Shown piece by piece: positions 38,456 through 49,012 of a DNA stretch of 64,000 nt. The notes under the pieces were generated by a model. The model saw only the letters and a program-made list of their open reading frames with translations. It had not been told where the DNA came from and made no database searches. Origin of the DNA: a virus (taxonomy: Duplodnaviria > Caudoviricetes); the IMG/VR virus record IMGVR_UViG_3300033067_001743, positions 32,001 through 96,000 of that record. One strand, given 5' to 3'. Position 1 is the first letter of the stretch. Each line of letters begins with the position of its first letter. A program made the translations under genes and the position numbers.

Positions 38456-40464
38456 AATGGTATATATTTTATGTTATCATAGTATGCAAGTATCCCATCT
38501 ACCTGAGTAGACCAATCGGAATCTTGTATTTTTTGAGTTACACGAGTAACCATGAAATATGAGTTATAAGCATCTCTCCATTTCTTTGGAACTTGTGTGG
38601 TACTTATCCCATTTCCCGGAATGTATCCCCAAACTCCATCCAATTCTAAACTTATGCTTAATCCCGGATAGTGAATTGTTTCTTGGGTAACTGCATGTGG
38701 ATTGTTTCTGTGTAATCGAACCATTATTGATTTTAGTGCATTAATGTCTTGGCCATTAAAAGCATTAGTTCCTAAATTTCCGGGGTCTCTCACTAAACAA
38801 ATAAAATCTTCTTTTGCTTTAGCCCACTCATTTGAGGCAGATGTTTTTAATTCTGGTTTACAACCTCTTAATACAGTTACTGCATCACCATTTTTGCTTG
38901 AACCTACAAACATGGATGCTTTATATTCCTCTGAACCTACATTACTTGCCACTTCACATGATCTTGTTGTACCATCACCATCAATTGGATCAAATATAAT
39001 AACTCTTAATTGATCACTTACTCCATAATTCTGATCTACAACCATTAAAATATGTTGTTTTTCTGGATGTTCAACCAATCTAAGTGCAATTGCTCCACCA
39101 GTACATGAACTTATGTGATCAGCAATTTTTTCAAAGAAGTCTGATATATTTATGATTGTTTGTGCTGTGTCTTTTACATCTGTATGATCTGCTTGTGCCT
39201 CTCTTGGTTTTGTTGCTGCATTTAATGCACCTACAACAGCATCCCTATGTATTAAAATATTTTGAAGTTTTATTTCTCCACCACCTAATGCAGCCTTTAC
39301 TGCTCCTAAATTTTTACAATCTGCATCAAAGTCTTTTCCATTCCCTTCACTATTTTTATAGTTTCCTTTTCCAAGTATTAACATTGTCAATGGATCACCA
39401 CTTGTAATAGATGGTGATATTTGACATTTAGAGTATTTTTTATCGAAGTCTAATTTTAAATCATTAAAATCTTTCCTATCTGTTGCTCCAATTCCACATG
39501 TCATTGCTCTAAGTAATTGATCATTTATTATTCTATTTACAATATATCCAAGTGTAACATATACTTGGTTATTTGTTGATTCTACTTCATTTCCAGTAAA
39601 GAAGAATGAACCAGCCCATGCAGATAATTTACCTAATGTATCCCTCATGTGATCACCTGTATAAAGTACAATTGCAGCACTTCCATCAAGCCCACTTCCC
39701 GGATTATAATTTACAAGTTGACCTCTATCAATAACCTCACCATCTTTTGCATCATCAATGCTAATAGTTCCGTTTATTTGTGCGTCTGCTGCTATTAATT
39801 GGGCAACACCTCTTACTGCATTTCTTGTTTGAGGTTTACCTGTGAAATATTTTATTGGTCCATCATTACCACTTGAACCTACACCTCCAATAGGATTACA
39901 TCCATTACAAACTACTGCTTGCATGTCAAGGGTTTTAATTGCTGTTGAAGCAGAAACACCCGTAAATGAACAAATCCAAAATCCTTCCGATGTTGTATTA
40001 AATGCAAAGGTTGCTACTTTAAACCCTTTTAAAGAAATTCTTCCTTGACCATATCCCCAAGATTTTTTGTATCCAAATTTAACATCAATTATATTTCCCG
40101 GTAATAGGAAATTCTGTTGAACCTTTTGAAAGTCATCAATATCATAACATCTAATTTCTCCACTAACCTTTCTGGCAAGTCCCCAGTTTCCACCATATTC
40201 AATTGTAACAGATACTAAATCAGGCGAAGGTTTTATCTTTGGTGAATAAACATCGCTCCATGTTTCTTGAACAATTGGAAGAGTCATGTGTCCGCCTTTA
40301 TTACCACAACTTTTATCATATCCAGTCACAGATGCCCATGCAGGATTTCTAACAGATGCAGACTTTCCGTTTGCTGTTTGAACCTTGTCCAATAACCCTC
40401 TTCGGTCTTTTATAATATCTTCTATATTACCTTCTGGATTTCTTCTGTATAAACTTTCAGCCAT
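38452..40464 (-). CDS. baseplate hub-like protein (gp27/GpD-like)
   Basis: Position after the wedge gene; C-terminal FMVTRVTQKIQDSDWSTQVDG strand pattern. Confidence 0.6.
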   Translation of the reverse strand: MAESLYRRNPEGNIEDIIKDRRGLLDKVQTANGKSASVRNPAWASVTGYDKSCGNKGGHMTLPIVQETWSDVYSPKIKPSPDLVSVTIEYGGNWGLARKVSGEIRCYDIDDFQKVQQNFLLPGNIIDVKFGYKKSWGYGQGRISLKGFKVATFAFNTTSEGFWICSFTGVSASTAIKTLDMQAVVCNGCNPIGGVGSSGNDGPIKYFTGKPQTRNAVRGVAQLIAADAQINGTISIDDAKDGEVIDRGQLVNYNPGSGLDGSAAIVLYTGDHMRDTLGKLSAWAGSFFFTGNEVESTNNQVYVTLGYIVNRIINDQLLRAMTCGIGATDRKDFNDLKLDFDKKYSKCQISPSITSGDPLTMLILGKGNYKNSEGNGKDFDADCKNLGAVKAALGGGEIKLQNILIHRDAVVGALNAATKPREAQADHTDVKDTAQTIINISDFFEKIADHISSCTGGAIALRLVEHPEKQHILMVVDQNYGVSDQLRVIIFDPIDGDGTTRSCEVASNVGSEEYKASMFVGSSKNGDAVTVLRGCKPELKTSASNEWAKAKEDFICLVRDPGNLGTNAFNGQDINALKSIMVRLHRNNPHAVTQETIHYPGLSISLELDGVWGYIPGNGISTTQVPKKWRDAYNSYFMVTRVTQKIQDSDWSTQVDGILAYYDNIKYIPL

Positions 40465-40709
40465 TATTTTTTAACCCAAATTCCTTTGTCTTTATCAAAG
40501 TCTAATGGTTTATAGTTGGCAATTTTCTTTACAGTTTTATTACCTCTTTTTTCGGATTGATTCACTTTCCAACCTCCATTAGCATTTTTACTTATCAATT
40601 CTATTTGATAGTCATCAGGATTGTGTTTGTGTACTAAAATATCACCTTCTTTAAAAGTGTCTGATAATGCCTCTTTGATTATTTGACTGTATAATTTTTT
40701 TAAATTCAT
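40464..40709 (-). CDS. hypothetical protein (possible internal head protein)
   Basis: MNLKKLYSQIIKE leader; AAGGAG SD. Confidence 0.55.
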   Translation of the reverse strand: MNLKKLYSQIIKEALSDTFKEGDILVHKHNPDDYQIELISKNANGGWKVNQSEKRGNKTVKKIANYKPLDFDKDKGIWVKK

Positions 40710-40718
40710 ATTACTCCT

Positions 40719-41024
40719 TTAAAATTGTGCCTCTCTAAATAATCCTTCAATGTCTCCACTATTAAGTGGATATGGAATTCTAAGTCTAATTCCTAATGGA
40801 GGGTGAATTGTTCCAGCATGTAATTTATTTGATTTTGCAAGGATAACCCAATACCTTGGGTCTCCATAATATTGATTTGCAAGGTTATCTAATCTATCTG
40901 ACCTTTTAGTTATAATGTAAATGTCAGATGATCTTTTTTCAAATTTTGGGTAGTATAAGGTTTCATACCTTCTCTTCCCATTATTTGCTGTTATTTTGTC
41001 TACAAATTCTTCGTATCTCTGCAT
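40719..41024 (-). CDS. LysM-like baseplate wedge protein (GpX/gp53-like)
   Basis: DRLDNLANQYYGD..YW.I...N...G.RLRIP. Confidence 0.8.
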   Translation of the reverse strand: MQRYEEFVDKITANNGKRRYETLYYPKFEKRSSDIYIITKRSDRLDNLANQYYGDPRYWVILAKSNKLHAGTIHPPLGIRLRIPYPLNSGDIEGLFREAQF

Positions 41025-41036
41025 TATTTAATCCTT

Positions 41037-41579
41037 TTATATGAAATATCTATCTTCTGCACTTGGTCTCTTTCCTACACTATTTGCAAGTATTTTAATG
41101 CTTAAACTTACATCTGTGTATAATGGTCTATTGTCTACTGCTGCCCACGGATACTCTGGTTGCCAATCATAGGTTAATGAGGTTATTATGCCATAGCCTT
41201 TGATTAAACCTCCAATTTGAAACCTTACATGTGGTGCATTAAATCCATATCCACCCTGATATATTGGATACGTCATTCTTCCTAATCTTGCAAGCAATAC
41301 TTCATGGTTATCTCTGTGTTCTTTTTCATTTAATCCAATTAATGCAAATGATACATTTAATGTTCTACTTGCACCTCCATACATAACCTTTGGGTCTGCT
41401 CTACCCATGTCAAAATATTCATTCCATTGTGGACTTGATGAATCCTGCAACGATGTTATATGTGCTTCAAATTTTAAATTAGAAGAGTCTACTGGTCCTT
41501 TTCCGGGGTCATGTCTATAGAAGTAAAAATACTCCTTACTAAATTCCGATCCGGGAGGTCCGTTTCTTGGTCTTGGCAT
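41037..41579 (-). CDS. tail tube initiator / baseplate tube-like protein
   Basis: W.....GRADP...Y....R.L.VSF; directly after the tape measure gene. Confidence 0.7.
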   Translation of the reverse strand: MPRPRNGPPGSEFSKEYFYFYRHDPGKGPVDSSNLKFEAHITSLQDSSSPQWNEYFDMGRADPKVMYGGASRTLNVSFALIGLNEKEHRDNHEVLLARLGRMTYPIYQGGYGFNAPHVRFQIGGLIKGYGIITSLTYDWQPEYPWAAVDNRPLYTDVSLSIKILANSVGKRPSAEDRYFI

Positions 41580-41593
41580 TTTTTAACTTCCTA

Positions 41594-44500
41594 TTATGAG
41601 TTATTTTCTTTCTTTATTATTGTTCCAACCTTTTGTCCATTCATTTGAAGTACAAGGTTCTTTTGTGCATCTGCTTCCATTAATTGAATCATTCTCATAA
41701 GCAACATTTCTAACTTCTTGGTTTCCATTCCCGGTCTGTTATAAATATCACTTCCACCACTATTATCACCATAATAAGAATTACTTACACTACTATTTGT
41801 TGAACCTGAGTTTCCATTAGATTCTTCATCTTTTGATTGCTTTGTTCCCGGAACAGTGTTTATTTTTACGTTTTGTGCTACTGACTCTTTTTTTGGAGTT
41901 TGTACTTCTGCTGTTTGAGTTTGCTGTGGCGCAACTTTAAATCCAATACTTGGTTCACTGTAGTTTTGAACATTACCACTTACAGTGTTTATTCTTTGAT
42001 TCACATCTTGATCAAGCGATTTAACATCAATATCATTTAACTTTTTTATACTATCGAAGTCTGCATTTCCAAGTACATTAGAAAGTTCAAGAATAGAAGC
42101 GGCAAGTTGTGATATAACTTGATTAACTGTATTTAAAGGTTCTGCCAATACAGCAAGTCTTTCCAAATCTTTAATCGCATCACCACCAAATAATTTAGCA
42201 ACTGATGTTCCTATTCCAACTGCACTAAATGCCATCATTGATGCTGATATTGCTGCTATTCCAGTTGCAACACCAAATAAAGATGTAATTGATATATTTG
42301 TTACCTCAATTAATGATAATGTTAAATCTTTTAATGGTTTAATATCTAAACCTTTCATTGAAATATTAATAGCCAAAACTGATCCTGCAAATGCAAGTAG
42401 TGATATTGAGGCTACTCCAATAGTTAAGGCTCCTGCAAGAATTAGTGGTGCAACTAATCCAAATCCTGCTGCTATAAGCCCAAATCCTGCTAATGCTGCT
42501 CCTGCTTTTTTAAGAGAATCCCATTCAATGTCATTGAACATTTTCATTCCTATTGCAAGTGGTATGATTGATGCACCTAATGCTGCAATACCTAATGATC
42601 CTGCCAACATCAATGCTAAGATAACTGGTGTACCAATAATAGCGGCTGATGCTGCAAGTCCAACCAAAGCAACACCTGCTTTAGCCAAACTTTCCCAGTC
42701 AACACTATTAAACATATTTAAAGCAAATGCAGTAGGAATTAAACTTGCACCTAATATTGCTATAGCAGCAGCACCAATCAAAATATCTCCTGATGCTTTA
42801 CCCAATACTAATGCAGCAACTACAAGACCTCCAAGTGCTACAATACCTTTACCAATACTTTCCCAACTAACATTAGCAAAGTTTTCCAATGCTTTTGAAG
42901 TTATCCATAATGCTCCTGAAACCAAAACCAATGCTGCGGCTCCTTTAATGGCATCTGTTTTAAACGATGATAGTCCACGACCTATTCCCTTTAGTAAGTT
43001 CTCAATAGACTTACCTATGGCTGCTGTGAGGCTTTTAAGGGCATCTCCAACAAACTTTACAATGTCAAGTATAACAGATTTTATTGTGTCCCATGCACCT
43101 TTTATTATTTTTGATAATTTTTCAAATATTGAACCTGTTGATGATACTGTTTTTTCTGCTGATTTTGGAAGTTCTATTTTTGATGATTTTTTAGTTACAG
43201 TTTCTTCAACTTTTTCAGTGACTGATTTTATTGGGTTTAACTTATCCTTTACTTTATCAAAACTTCCTGCCAATGATTCACCTGTTTCAGGTAATGTTGA
43301 CTTGCCAAAACTTGTTATTTTAGAAAATATTGATTTGCCATATGATCCTATTTTGCTAAATACTCCTTTTCCACTTGATTCAACATCTCCAAAACCTTTT
43401 GTTAATTTTCCTGCTATTGACCCAAAAATACCTTTTCCTGAATCTCCAACTTTTACTAATTTCTTTGATAATGTTTCAGTAACCTTTCCAAATCCACCTT
43501 CTATTCTCTTTTCAAATCTTCTTGAAAATACTTTTTCAACACTACCTTGTAATGCGTCAACTAAAAATGTTGAACCTCCCATTGCAGCCATTTCTATAAT
43601 ACCTTGCATTTGTGCGCCAGTTCCTGATAATTGCTGTGCTCCTTCCTTTTGTGCAAATACATAAGATGATAATGTCTTTGTAGCCATTACTGCCAATGCT
43701 TTTGTTCCTATCTCTGTTATTAATCCAAATGATTTTTTAATTGGACCAACTGGAATCAAATTTGCACTTTCTGCTTTAATTTCTTTAAGTTTCTTCTTGG
43801 AAATATCACTGCCTTTAGTTACACTACTTTCCATTTTATCATAACTTGCCATTGCCTCATTTGCAACTGCTTGACTTGTAGATACTCCCTCTGTTTTTAT
43901 ATCTTGTAAAAGTTTTGTTGTTGGTGATTTTGTAAACCCTTTATTTATGGAATCTGCTGCATTACTTACAGATGCTTTAATGTGTGTTACCATATCATCC
44001 ATAGAAGTCTTTATACTTTCAACCATTCCAGACATAGATGATTGAACCTTTGTCGTCATATTTACAAGTGGGTCAGTACTTTCTTTTGCTGCATCTTCTG
44101 ACTTTTTCCCAAGTGATCCAAACATTCCACCCATGCCACTTGTAAGTGAGCCAATTAATGTCCCAACCCCCGGAATAAAGGATAATATTGTTTTAAATAC
44201 ACCAACAACAGAACCTAATACAGCAGGCATTTTAAATAATAATGCCCAAGTTCCTATTGCAACACCAATTCCGTATATTGTATCTTTTACAAGATCAAAT
44301 TTATACCCAAATAATGTAACTGTTGTATTTATTGGTTTTAATGTATCTCCCCAACCATCTAAATAACCTGTTATACTGCTTAATATAGTTCCAATGGCTT
44401 TAAAAGGCCATAACATTCCTTTAATAATGGGTGATATGGCCTTTATAAGTACTCCAACTATTTTAAGTCCACCCACAATAATATCAATAAATGGAGATAC

Positions 44501-46948
44501 TGCATCTATTGCATCAGCAAACGATTCTGCTAGTGGAATTATGGCTTTTAATAGTACTCCTTTAATTTTATCCCATGCAACACTCAGTCTATCTGTCGAT
44601 TGTAATTGTTGTAGTCTATCCCTTATTTGATCTTTGTTTAATTTAGAAATATCTCCCATTCTCTCTATATTGCCTTCCAGAGCCTCTTTCATTGGACCAT
44701 CAAATGCTGCTAATTGCTCATTTAATTTAACACTTTTTCCTAATTCATCAGCACTCATTCCTAATGTTTTTGCAATTTTTGATCTTGTCAAATAATCCAT
44801 TTTATTGAATTCGGCAGTTGTTCCAATATCGTTCATTATATCTCTGGTCATTCCTTCTATATCCCCTACTAAACCTTTGTCAAAGGCATTAGAGAAATCT
44901 ATACCACCACCAGTCATAGCCTGTAATTCGTACATGTCTGTCATAAATGCTTCAAGATTAAGCATATTCTGTGCTATCTCCCCTGCCTTTTGAATAGACA
45001 TTCCCATTCTTCTAATTTGGAGAGTTGCTTTTGCTGCTTCTGCTGGCATACCTGCAAAATAAGTTGCTACTGCATCGGCTCCATCAATTAAATCTTGACT
45101 TACTATTTGTGGACTTATTCCAGCCATTTCAGACATAAATCCTAAACTCTGTTGTAGGTTTAATGCTAAATCGTCATTTGCTCCTAACTGTGTAAACGTA
45201 TTTTGTAATTTTGTTGCTTGCTCTGATCCATATCCAAATGCTTTACCTGCTTCACTGAGATTTATAGCCATCTCTTTAGAACCTTTTTCACTGAGGCTAT
45301 AGAAGTTCTTTCCATACTGAATCATTTCAGTTTGGATTTGTGTTATATCTTCCATAGTTGTGAATTGGTTTTTTTGAGAAGTCAATATGTCTAACTGAAC
45401 TCCATGTAGTTGTTTGGCTTGTAAGATGGAAATTTTCATCTCAGATGCCATTTGCTTATAAGTCTCTACTGCTGTTTTCAATGTTTGAAACAACAATGCA
45501 CCAGCAGCAACCAATAAAGTCATAGGACTTAGTGCTGTTCTTATAGATGGTCCCATCTCTTTCATGTAAACACTCATAGATTCTGTTAAATCTCCACCTT
45601 GTTTTACATAATCTGAGAATTTTTCCATCCCTTTTTTATGGGCATCTAATAACCCTAATGATACTTTTGATATTCCAAGAAAATCACTAACACCTGATGG
45701 TAATAATCCATCAATATAATCAAATCCTTCACCTATCTTCTCAACAATTCCACGAGCAGCAGTTAATTTGCTGGTATACTTGCCTACAAGTGTTAGTCTA
45801 CTTTTTTCAGTATTTATAGACTCCTGTAAAGTGCTTAAATCTCTATACCTTTCATCGAATTGTTGAAGCATTATTTTATTTGTATCATCTAATAATCCTT
45901 TGTACTTTACTATTTGATCATTTTGACTTTCGGATAATGTAACACCTTTACCTAAAAGGGATACCATATCTTTTAAGTTTGAACCTACAACATCTCCTAA
46001 TTTATTGTCAGATACTATTTTAGTTAGTTGATCTAATACGTTTTGATATTCTGTAGTACCTTGTTCTAATAAACCAGCAGCAGTTGTTATATTTGATGTA
46101 TTTACGTCAAAATTTATACCTTTTGTAAAATTCTGTGCAGCCATTTGTTTGGCCATCTTATCTTGTAAATCTGAATTTTTGCTGTAATATTCCTGTAATC
46201 CTTGTAGTCTCTTTGATTTCTCCTCATCTATACTATCAAGTGTCTTCTTAACTTCGTTGTTTAAATCGTCTGATAATGGATTAAAATGGAAATCTACTTG
46301 TATCATTGAGTCTGATGCTCTTTGTACTAATGCATCTATGTCTGACTGTATGTTATCAATCAAGATACTACCATTTTCCATACCTTTAAACATTCCATCA
46401 AACATACCAGTCAAGTCTACTTTCTTTTGAAGTAGTTTATCTGTTAATTGACTAATATCTCCTGTGCTTCCAGCAAGTGCATTTGCCTGTTTCTTACTTG
46501 CTTCTATTGCATCTGTTATTTTATTTTGACTTCTAAGTAATTTTGTAGAAAGGTCTATATTTGTTTCTATGGAATCTATTTGATCTTCAAGTAAATCTGT
46601 ATAATCTTTTGCAGAGTCTATAACATCATCACTTAGATTATCAATCTCTTTGAACCTTTTTACAATATTTTTTAAGTCTTCATCTGTAGCCTTTCTTGCT
46701 TTAGCCCACTTCTTTATAAATTCATCTGTAAGACTAAATCCGTTGTCTTTTATAGTATCTATTAGTTTATTAGCATCGTCAGCACTTTCAACAAAACCAG
46801 AATTAAGCAAAGACATAACCTTCATCAACTCTCTGTTGATGCGGCTCTGTTCTGCACTTGCTGATGACATTACTTTTACTGCCTTAAAAAGGTCTTGTAA
46901 CATCCTCTTAATTTCTTTACTGTCGTCTTGTGGTGGTTTTGTTGGCAT
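41594..46948 (-). CDS. tail tape measure protein
   Basis: 1784 aa, helical, with Ala/Gly-rich hydrophobic repeats; lies between chaperone and baseplate genes. Confidence 0.88.
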   Translation of the reverse strand: MPTKPPQDDSKEIKRMLQDLFKAVKVMSSASAEQSRINRELMKVMSLLNSGFVESADDANKLIDTIKDNGFSLTDEFIKKWAKARKATDEDLKNIVKRFKEIDNLSDDVIDSAKDYTDLLEDQIDSIETNIDLSTKLLRSQNKITDAIEASKKQANALAGSTGDISQLTDKLLQKKVDLTGMFDGMFKGMENGSILIDNIQSDIDALVQRASDSMIQVDFHFNPLSDDLNNEVKKTLDSIDEEKSKRLQGLQEYYSKNSDLQDKMAKQMAAQNFTKGINFDVNTSNITTAAGLLEQGTTEYQNVLDQLTKIVSDNKLGDVVGSNLKDMVSLLGKGVTLSESQNDQIVKYKGLLDDTNKIMLQQFDERYRDLSTLQESINTEKSRLTLVGKYTSKLTAARGIVEKIGEGFDYIDGLLPSGVSDFLGISKVSLGLLDAHKKGMEKFSDYVKQGGDLTESMSVYMKEMGPSIRTALSPMTLLVAAGALLFQTLKTAVETYKQMASEMKISILQAKQLHGVQLDILTSQKNQFTTMEDITQIQTEMIQYGKNFYSLSEKGSKEMAINLSEAGKAFGYGSEQATKLQNTFTQLGANDDLALNLQQSLGFMSEMAGISPQIVSQDLIDGADAVATYFAGMPAEAAKATLQIRRMGMSIQKAGEIAQNMLNLEAFMTDMYELQAMTGGGIDFSNAFDKGLVGDIEGMTRDIMNDIGTTAEFNKMDYLTRSKIAKTLGMSADELGKSVKLNEQLAAFDGPMKEALEGNIERMGDISKLNKDQIRDRLQQLQSTDRLSVAWDKIKGVLLKAIIPLAESFADAIDAVSPFIDIIVGGLKIVGVLIKAISPIIKGMLWPFKAIGTILSSITGYLDGWGDTLKPINTTVTLFGYKFDLVKDTIYGIGVAIGTWALLFKMPAVLGSVVGVFKTILSFIPGVGTLIGSLTSGMGGMFGSLGKKSEDAAKESTDPLVNMTTKVQSSMSGMVESIKTSMDDMVTHIKASVSNAADSINKGFTKSPTTKLLQDIKTEGVSTSQAVANEAMASYDKMESSVTKGSDISKKKLKEIKAESANLIPVGPIKKSFGLITEIGTKALAVMATKTLSSYVFAQKEGAQQLSGTGAQMQGIIEMAAMGGSTFLVDALQGSVEKVFSRRFEKRIEGGFGKVTETLSKKLVKVGDSGKGIFGSIAGKLTKGFGDVESSGKGVFSKIGSYGKSIFSKITSFGKSTLPETGESLAGSFDKVKDKLNPIKSVTEKVEETVTKKSSKIELPKSAEKTVSSTGSIFEKLSKIIKGAWDTIKSVILDIVKFVGDALKSLTAAIGKSIENLLKGIGRGLSSFKTDAIKGAAALVLVSGALWITSKALENFANVSWESIGKGIVALGGLVVAALVLGKASGDILIGAAAIAILGASLIPTAFALNMFNSVDWESLAKAGVALVGLAASAAIIGTPVILALMLAGSLGIAALGASIIPLAIGMKMFNDIEWDSLKKAGAALAGFGLIAAGFGLVAPLILAGALTIGVASISLLAFAGSVLAINISMKGLDIKPLKDLTLSLIEVTNISITSLFGVATGIAAISASMMAFSAVGIGTSVAKLFGGDAIKDLERLAVLAEPLNTVNQVISQLAASILELSNVLGNADFDSIKKLNDIDVKSLDQDVNQRINTVSGNVQNYSEPSIGFKVAPQQTQTAEVQTPKKESVAQNVKINTVPGTKQSKDEESNGNSGSTNSSVSNSYYGDNSGGSDIYNRPGMETKKLEMLLMRMIQLMEADAQKNLVLQMNGQKVGTIIKKENNS

Positions 46949-47187
46949 TATTTATCCCTTTGACTATCTTTACATTTCTCATCTTCTGGATTTCTCTTGC
47001 AATAATCTTTCAATAACTTAATCGTATTTTCTGCTGATTTCTTCATCGTGTTCATTGCCTCTTTAACTTCCGGGTCATTTGGAAGTTCTTTCATTGCATC
47101 TCCAACCTTCTTATCTATTTGAAGGGCTGCAAACATTTTGGCAAGGGTTAAGAAGATATTTTCTTGGAGTATGGTTTGTTTTTTCAT
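46948..47187 (-). CDS. hypothetical protein
   Basis: 79 aa ORF with GAGGA SD, TAATG-coupled to the tape measure gene. Confidence 0.6.
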   Translation of the reverse strand: MKKQTILQENIFLTLAKMFAALQIDKKVGDAMKELPNDPEVKEAMNTMKKSAENTIKLLKDYCKRNPEDEKCKDSQRDK

Positions 47188-47207
47188 GTTTTCCTCTTGA
47201 ATATGAT

Positions 47208-47215
47208 ATAAATAT
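47208..47215 (-). promoter_or_regulatory. candidate late promoter ATATTTAT
   Basis: Intergenic, 20 nt upstream of ATG 47187; recurs before other late genes. Confidence 0.6.
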
Positions 47216-47243
47216 GATAAAATAAAAAATATTTAAACTTTAT

Positions 47244-47274
47244 TTTGTTTTTTCGTTGAAGTGTTTTACCTTTG
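47244..47274 (+). promoter_or_regulatory. Bacteroidota sigma-A type promoter
   Basis: TTTG-N19-TACCTTTG, exact consensus. Confidence 0.85.
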
Positions 47275-47300
47275 CACCTCATCATAAATATAAAACGAAT

Positions 47301-47402
47301 ATGAAGAAATTTACAGACATTGCTCAGTTTCGAAATGTTATTCGAGAGTTGAGAACACGCCATGATTACAAAGGCAAGACAGTGGTACTTTCAAAATCTT
47401 GA
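47301..47402 (+). pseudogene. 33-aa remnant resembling the N-terminus of phage Rnl2-type RNA ligases
   Basis: MKKFTDIAQFRNVIRELRTRHDYKGKTVVLSKS*; stops before any KxxG ligase motif. Confidence 0.5.
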
Positions 47403-47455
47403 GTAATCTGTCACAAAAGTATGCTATATTTGTGACAAAAATAGGGGAGACGGTT

Positions 47456-47687
47456 TTACCGCTTCCCCTTATTTTTTTGTGCTTGTGCTTCTGCTGCTTT
47501 CTGTAGTTCACTCTTCAAGTTAGCAAACTTTAAATAATAGTAAGATCGAAGGTTAACAGGCATTTCATATAATTCAGTAAATGTAAAATTACTTGTAAGA
47601 CTGTAATCTCCTGCATTCAAATTAACGGTTAGATCAAATATTTGATCCATAACCTTTTGATCATAATCCTGAGTCAGGCCAAAAAAA
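47456..47687 (-). CDS. second tail/baseplate assembly chaperone ORF (gp51-like); candidate frameshift product
   Basis: FTFTELYEMPVNLRSYY motif; overlaps the upstream gene at a T7 run; alternative ATG at 47650. Confidence 0.65.
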
Positions 47688-48476
47688 TGATGGCCCGATG
47701 GCAACCGAAGTACGAAAGGGTTCTCCCGTATCGGAATCCTCCAATTCAATTTCCATATTTACTCCGGGTGTAATACTGGCAACATGTTCTCTAAACTTTC
47801 TTGAATCATTTGCCAAGAATTCATTCTCAATAAACAACTTGATGAACATTGGGTCTGAATTTCCATTTACTGCTGTTATAATCTGTTCCAACCTTGTTGT
47901 TATTTGTTTATCAGCAGCACCAACAGCACGATACTTCTTTAGTTTGTCCTGAATGGCCTTGTCATCCGCTACAGTCAATAATTTAAACTCTAAGGTGTAT
48001 TTACCTACCCTATTCTCAAAAGTCCAACTAAAACGATTCTGATGCGGTTCTACTTGTTTTTCTATTACTTTATTCTCAAGGGTTGTTAAGTCAATATCTA
48101 CTTTTTGTTTTTTACCAGATGGTGTGGTTACTTCTATTGGGTAAATCTCTCCATATCCATAAATTCGAGATGCAATCATAAGACCGTCTCTATCCCCAAT
48201 TAACAAGTCATCATAGTTAAATTTTGGAGATACTATCATAGACTGTAAAAATTTATCAATCACAACTCCACTTTTAATATAAGATTCTGTTGTTAATATA
48301 TTTTCCTCTTTTGCAGTCATAAACTTCATTTCTAAAGTTCCTGATGATAGTGGATGTCCTTCTGGATAGTAAACTCCCATTGAAGGTAATTCTATTAGGT
48401 TTGTAGGAAATATTCCTTTTTGTGGTGGTTCTGTGTGAACCTCTTGTGTTTTGTTTATTTTTACTGTTTCGCTCAT
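47661..48476 (-). CDS. baseplate hub / tail assembly chaperone (T4 gp26-like)
   Basis: ELPS.G..YP, MTAKEENIL, L..GDR..L....R..GYG, ends FFWPD. Confidence 0.8.
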   Translation of the reverse strand: MSETVKINKTQEVHTEPPQKGIFPTNLIELPSMGVYYPEGHPLSSGTLEMKFMTAKEENILTTESYIKSGVVIDKFLQSMIVSPKFNYDDLLIGDRDGLMIASRIYGYGEIYPIEVTTPSGKKQKVDIDLTTLENKVIEKQVEPHQNRFSWTFENRVGKYTLEFKLLTVADDKAIQDKLKKYRAVGAADKQITTRLEQIITAVNGNSDPMFIKLFIENEFLANDSRKFREHVASITPGVNMEIELEDSDTGEPFRTSVAIGPSFFWPDSGL

Positions 48477-48503
48477 ATTTGTTTTTATTTATTAAAGTTT
48501 TAA

Positions 48504-48998
48504 TTATGCTTGATCAAGTCCTTGTGGTTTAAAAGTAGCATAATCGTATGATATTACCATTGTAGGTTGTACAACCTCTTCGGCTCCCCAATCCAAGTCT
48601 CCGAAATTTATATTATTTGCAAATGCTCCTATTAATGTCCATGTTGCTATTGGAATATCACTTGGACTTAGTAATTGTATTTGTATGTCTTTTTTATAAT
48701 CATCTCCATACTTATCTTCGCCTTTAACTATGTCTTGATGGAGTACATTCATGTAATCCCACAATTGTTCCATAGTCATCTTTTCATATGCGTACATTGA
48801 TAAAGTTACATCATTCCACTTTGTCTTTCCCTTAACCTTTATCTGTGTGTTTCCGTACTCAAAGGTTATAGGAGCATTATCAATTGTTGGAAGATTTATA
48901 GCCTTACCATAAAATGTAACATCCTGTAAAGAACTAAATTGTATTTTAAATCTAAATGATAGTATTGGATCATATGCCTCTGGTGATAACCTTGCCAT
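48504..48998 (-). CDS. tail tube protein paralog 3 (gp19-like)
   Basis: FRF...KVKGKTKWND...YKKD.....L.P......W.L.GAF...FGDLDW...ISYD. Confidence 0.88.
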   Translation of the reverse strand: MARLSPEAYDPILSFRFKIQFSSLQDVTFYGKAINLPTIDNAPITFEYGNTQIKVKGKTKWNDVTLSMYAYEKMTMEQLWDYMNVLHQDIVKGEDKYGDDYKKDIQIQLLSPSDIPIATWTLIGAFANNINFGDLDWGAEEVVQPTMVISYDYATFKPQGLDQA

Positions 48999-49012
48999 GT
49001 AATTTTCCCTGT

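Noticed and set aside
42528-43664. 378-aa plus-strand ORF
   Set aside because: It is an antisense shadow of the Ala/Gly/Leu-rich tape measure repeats, with no promoter, RBS or recognisable motifs
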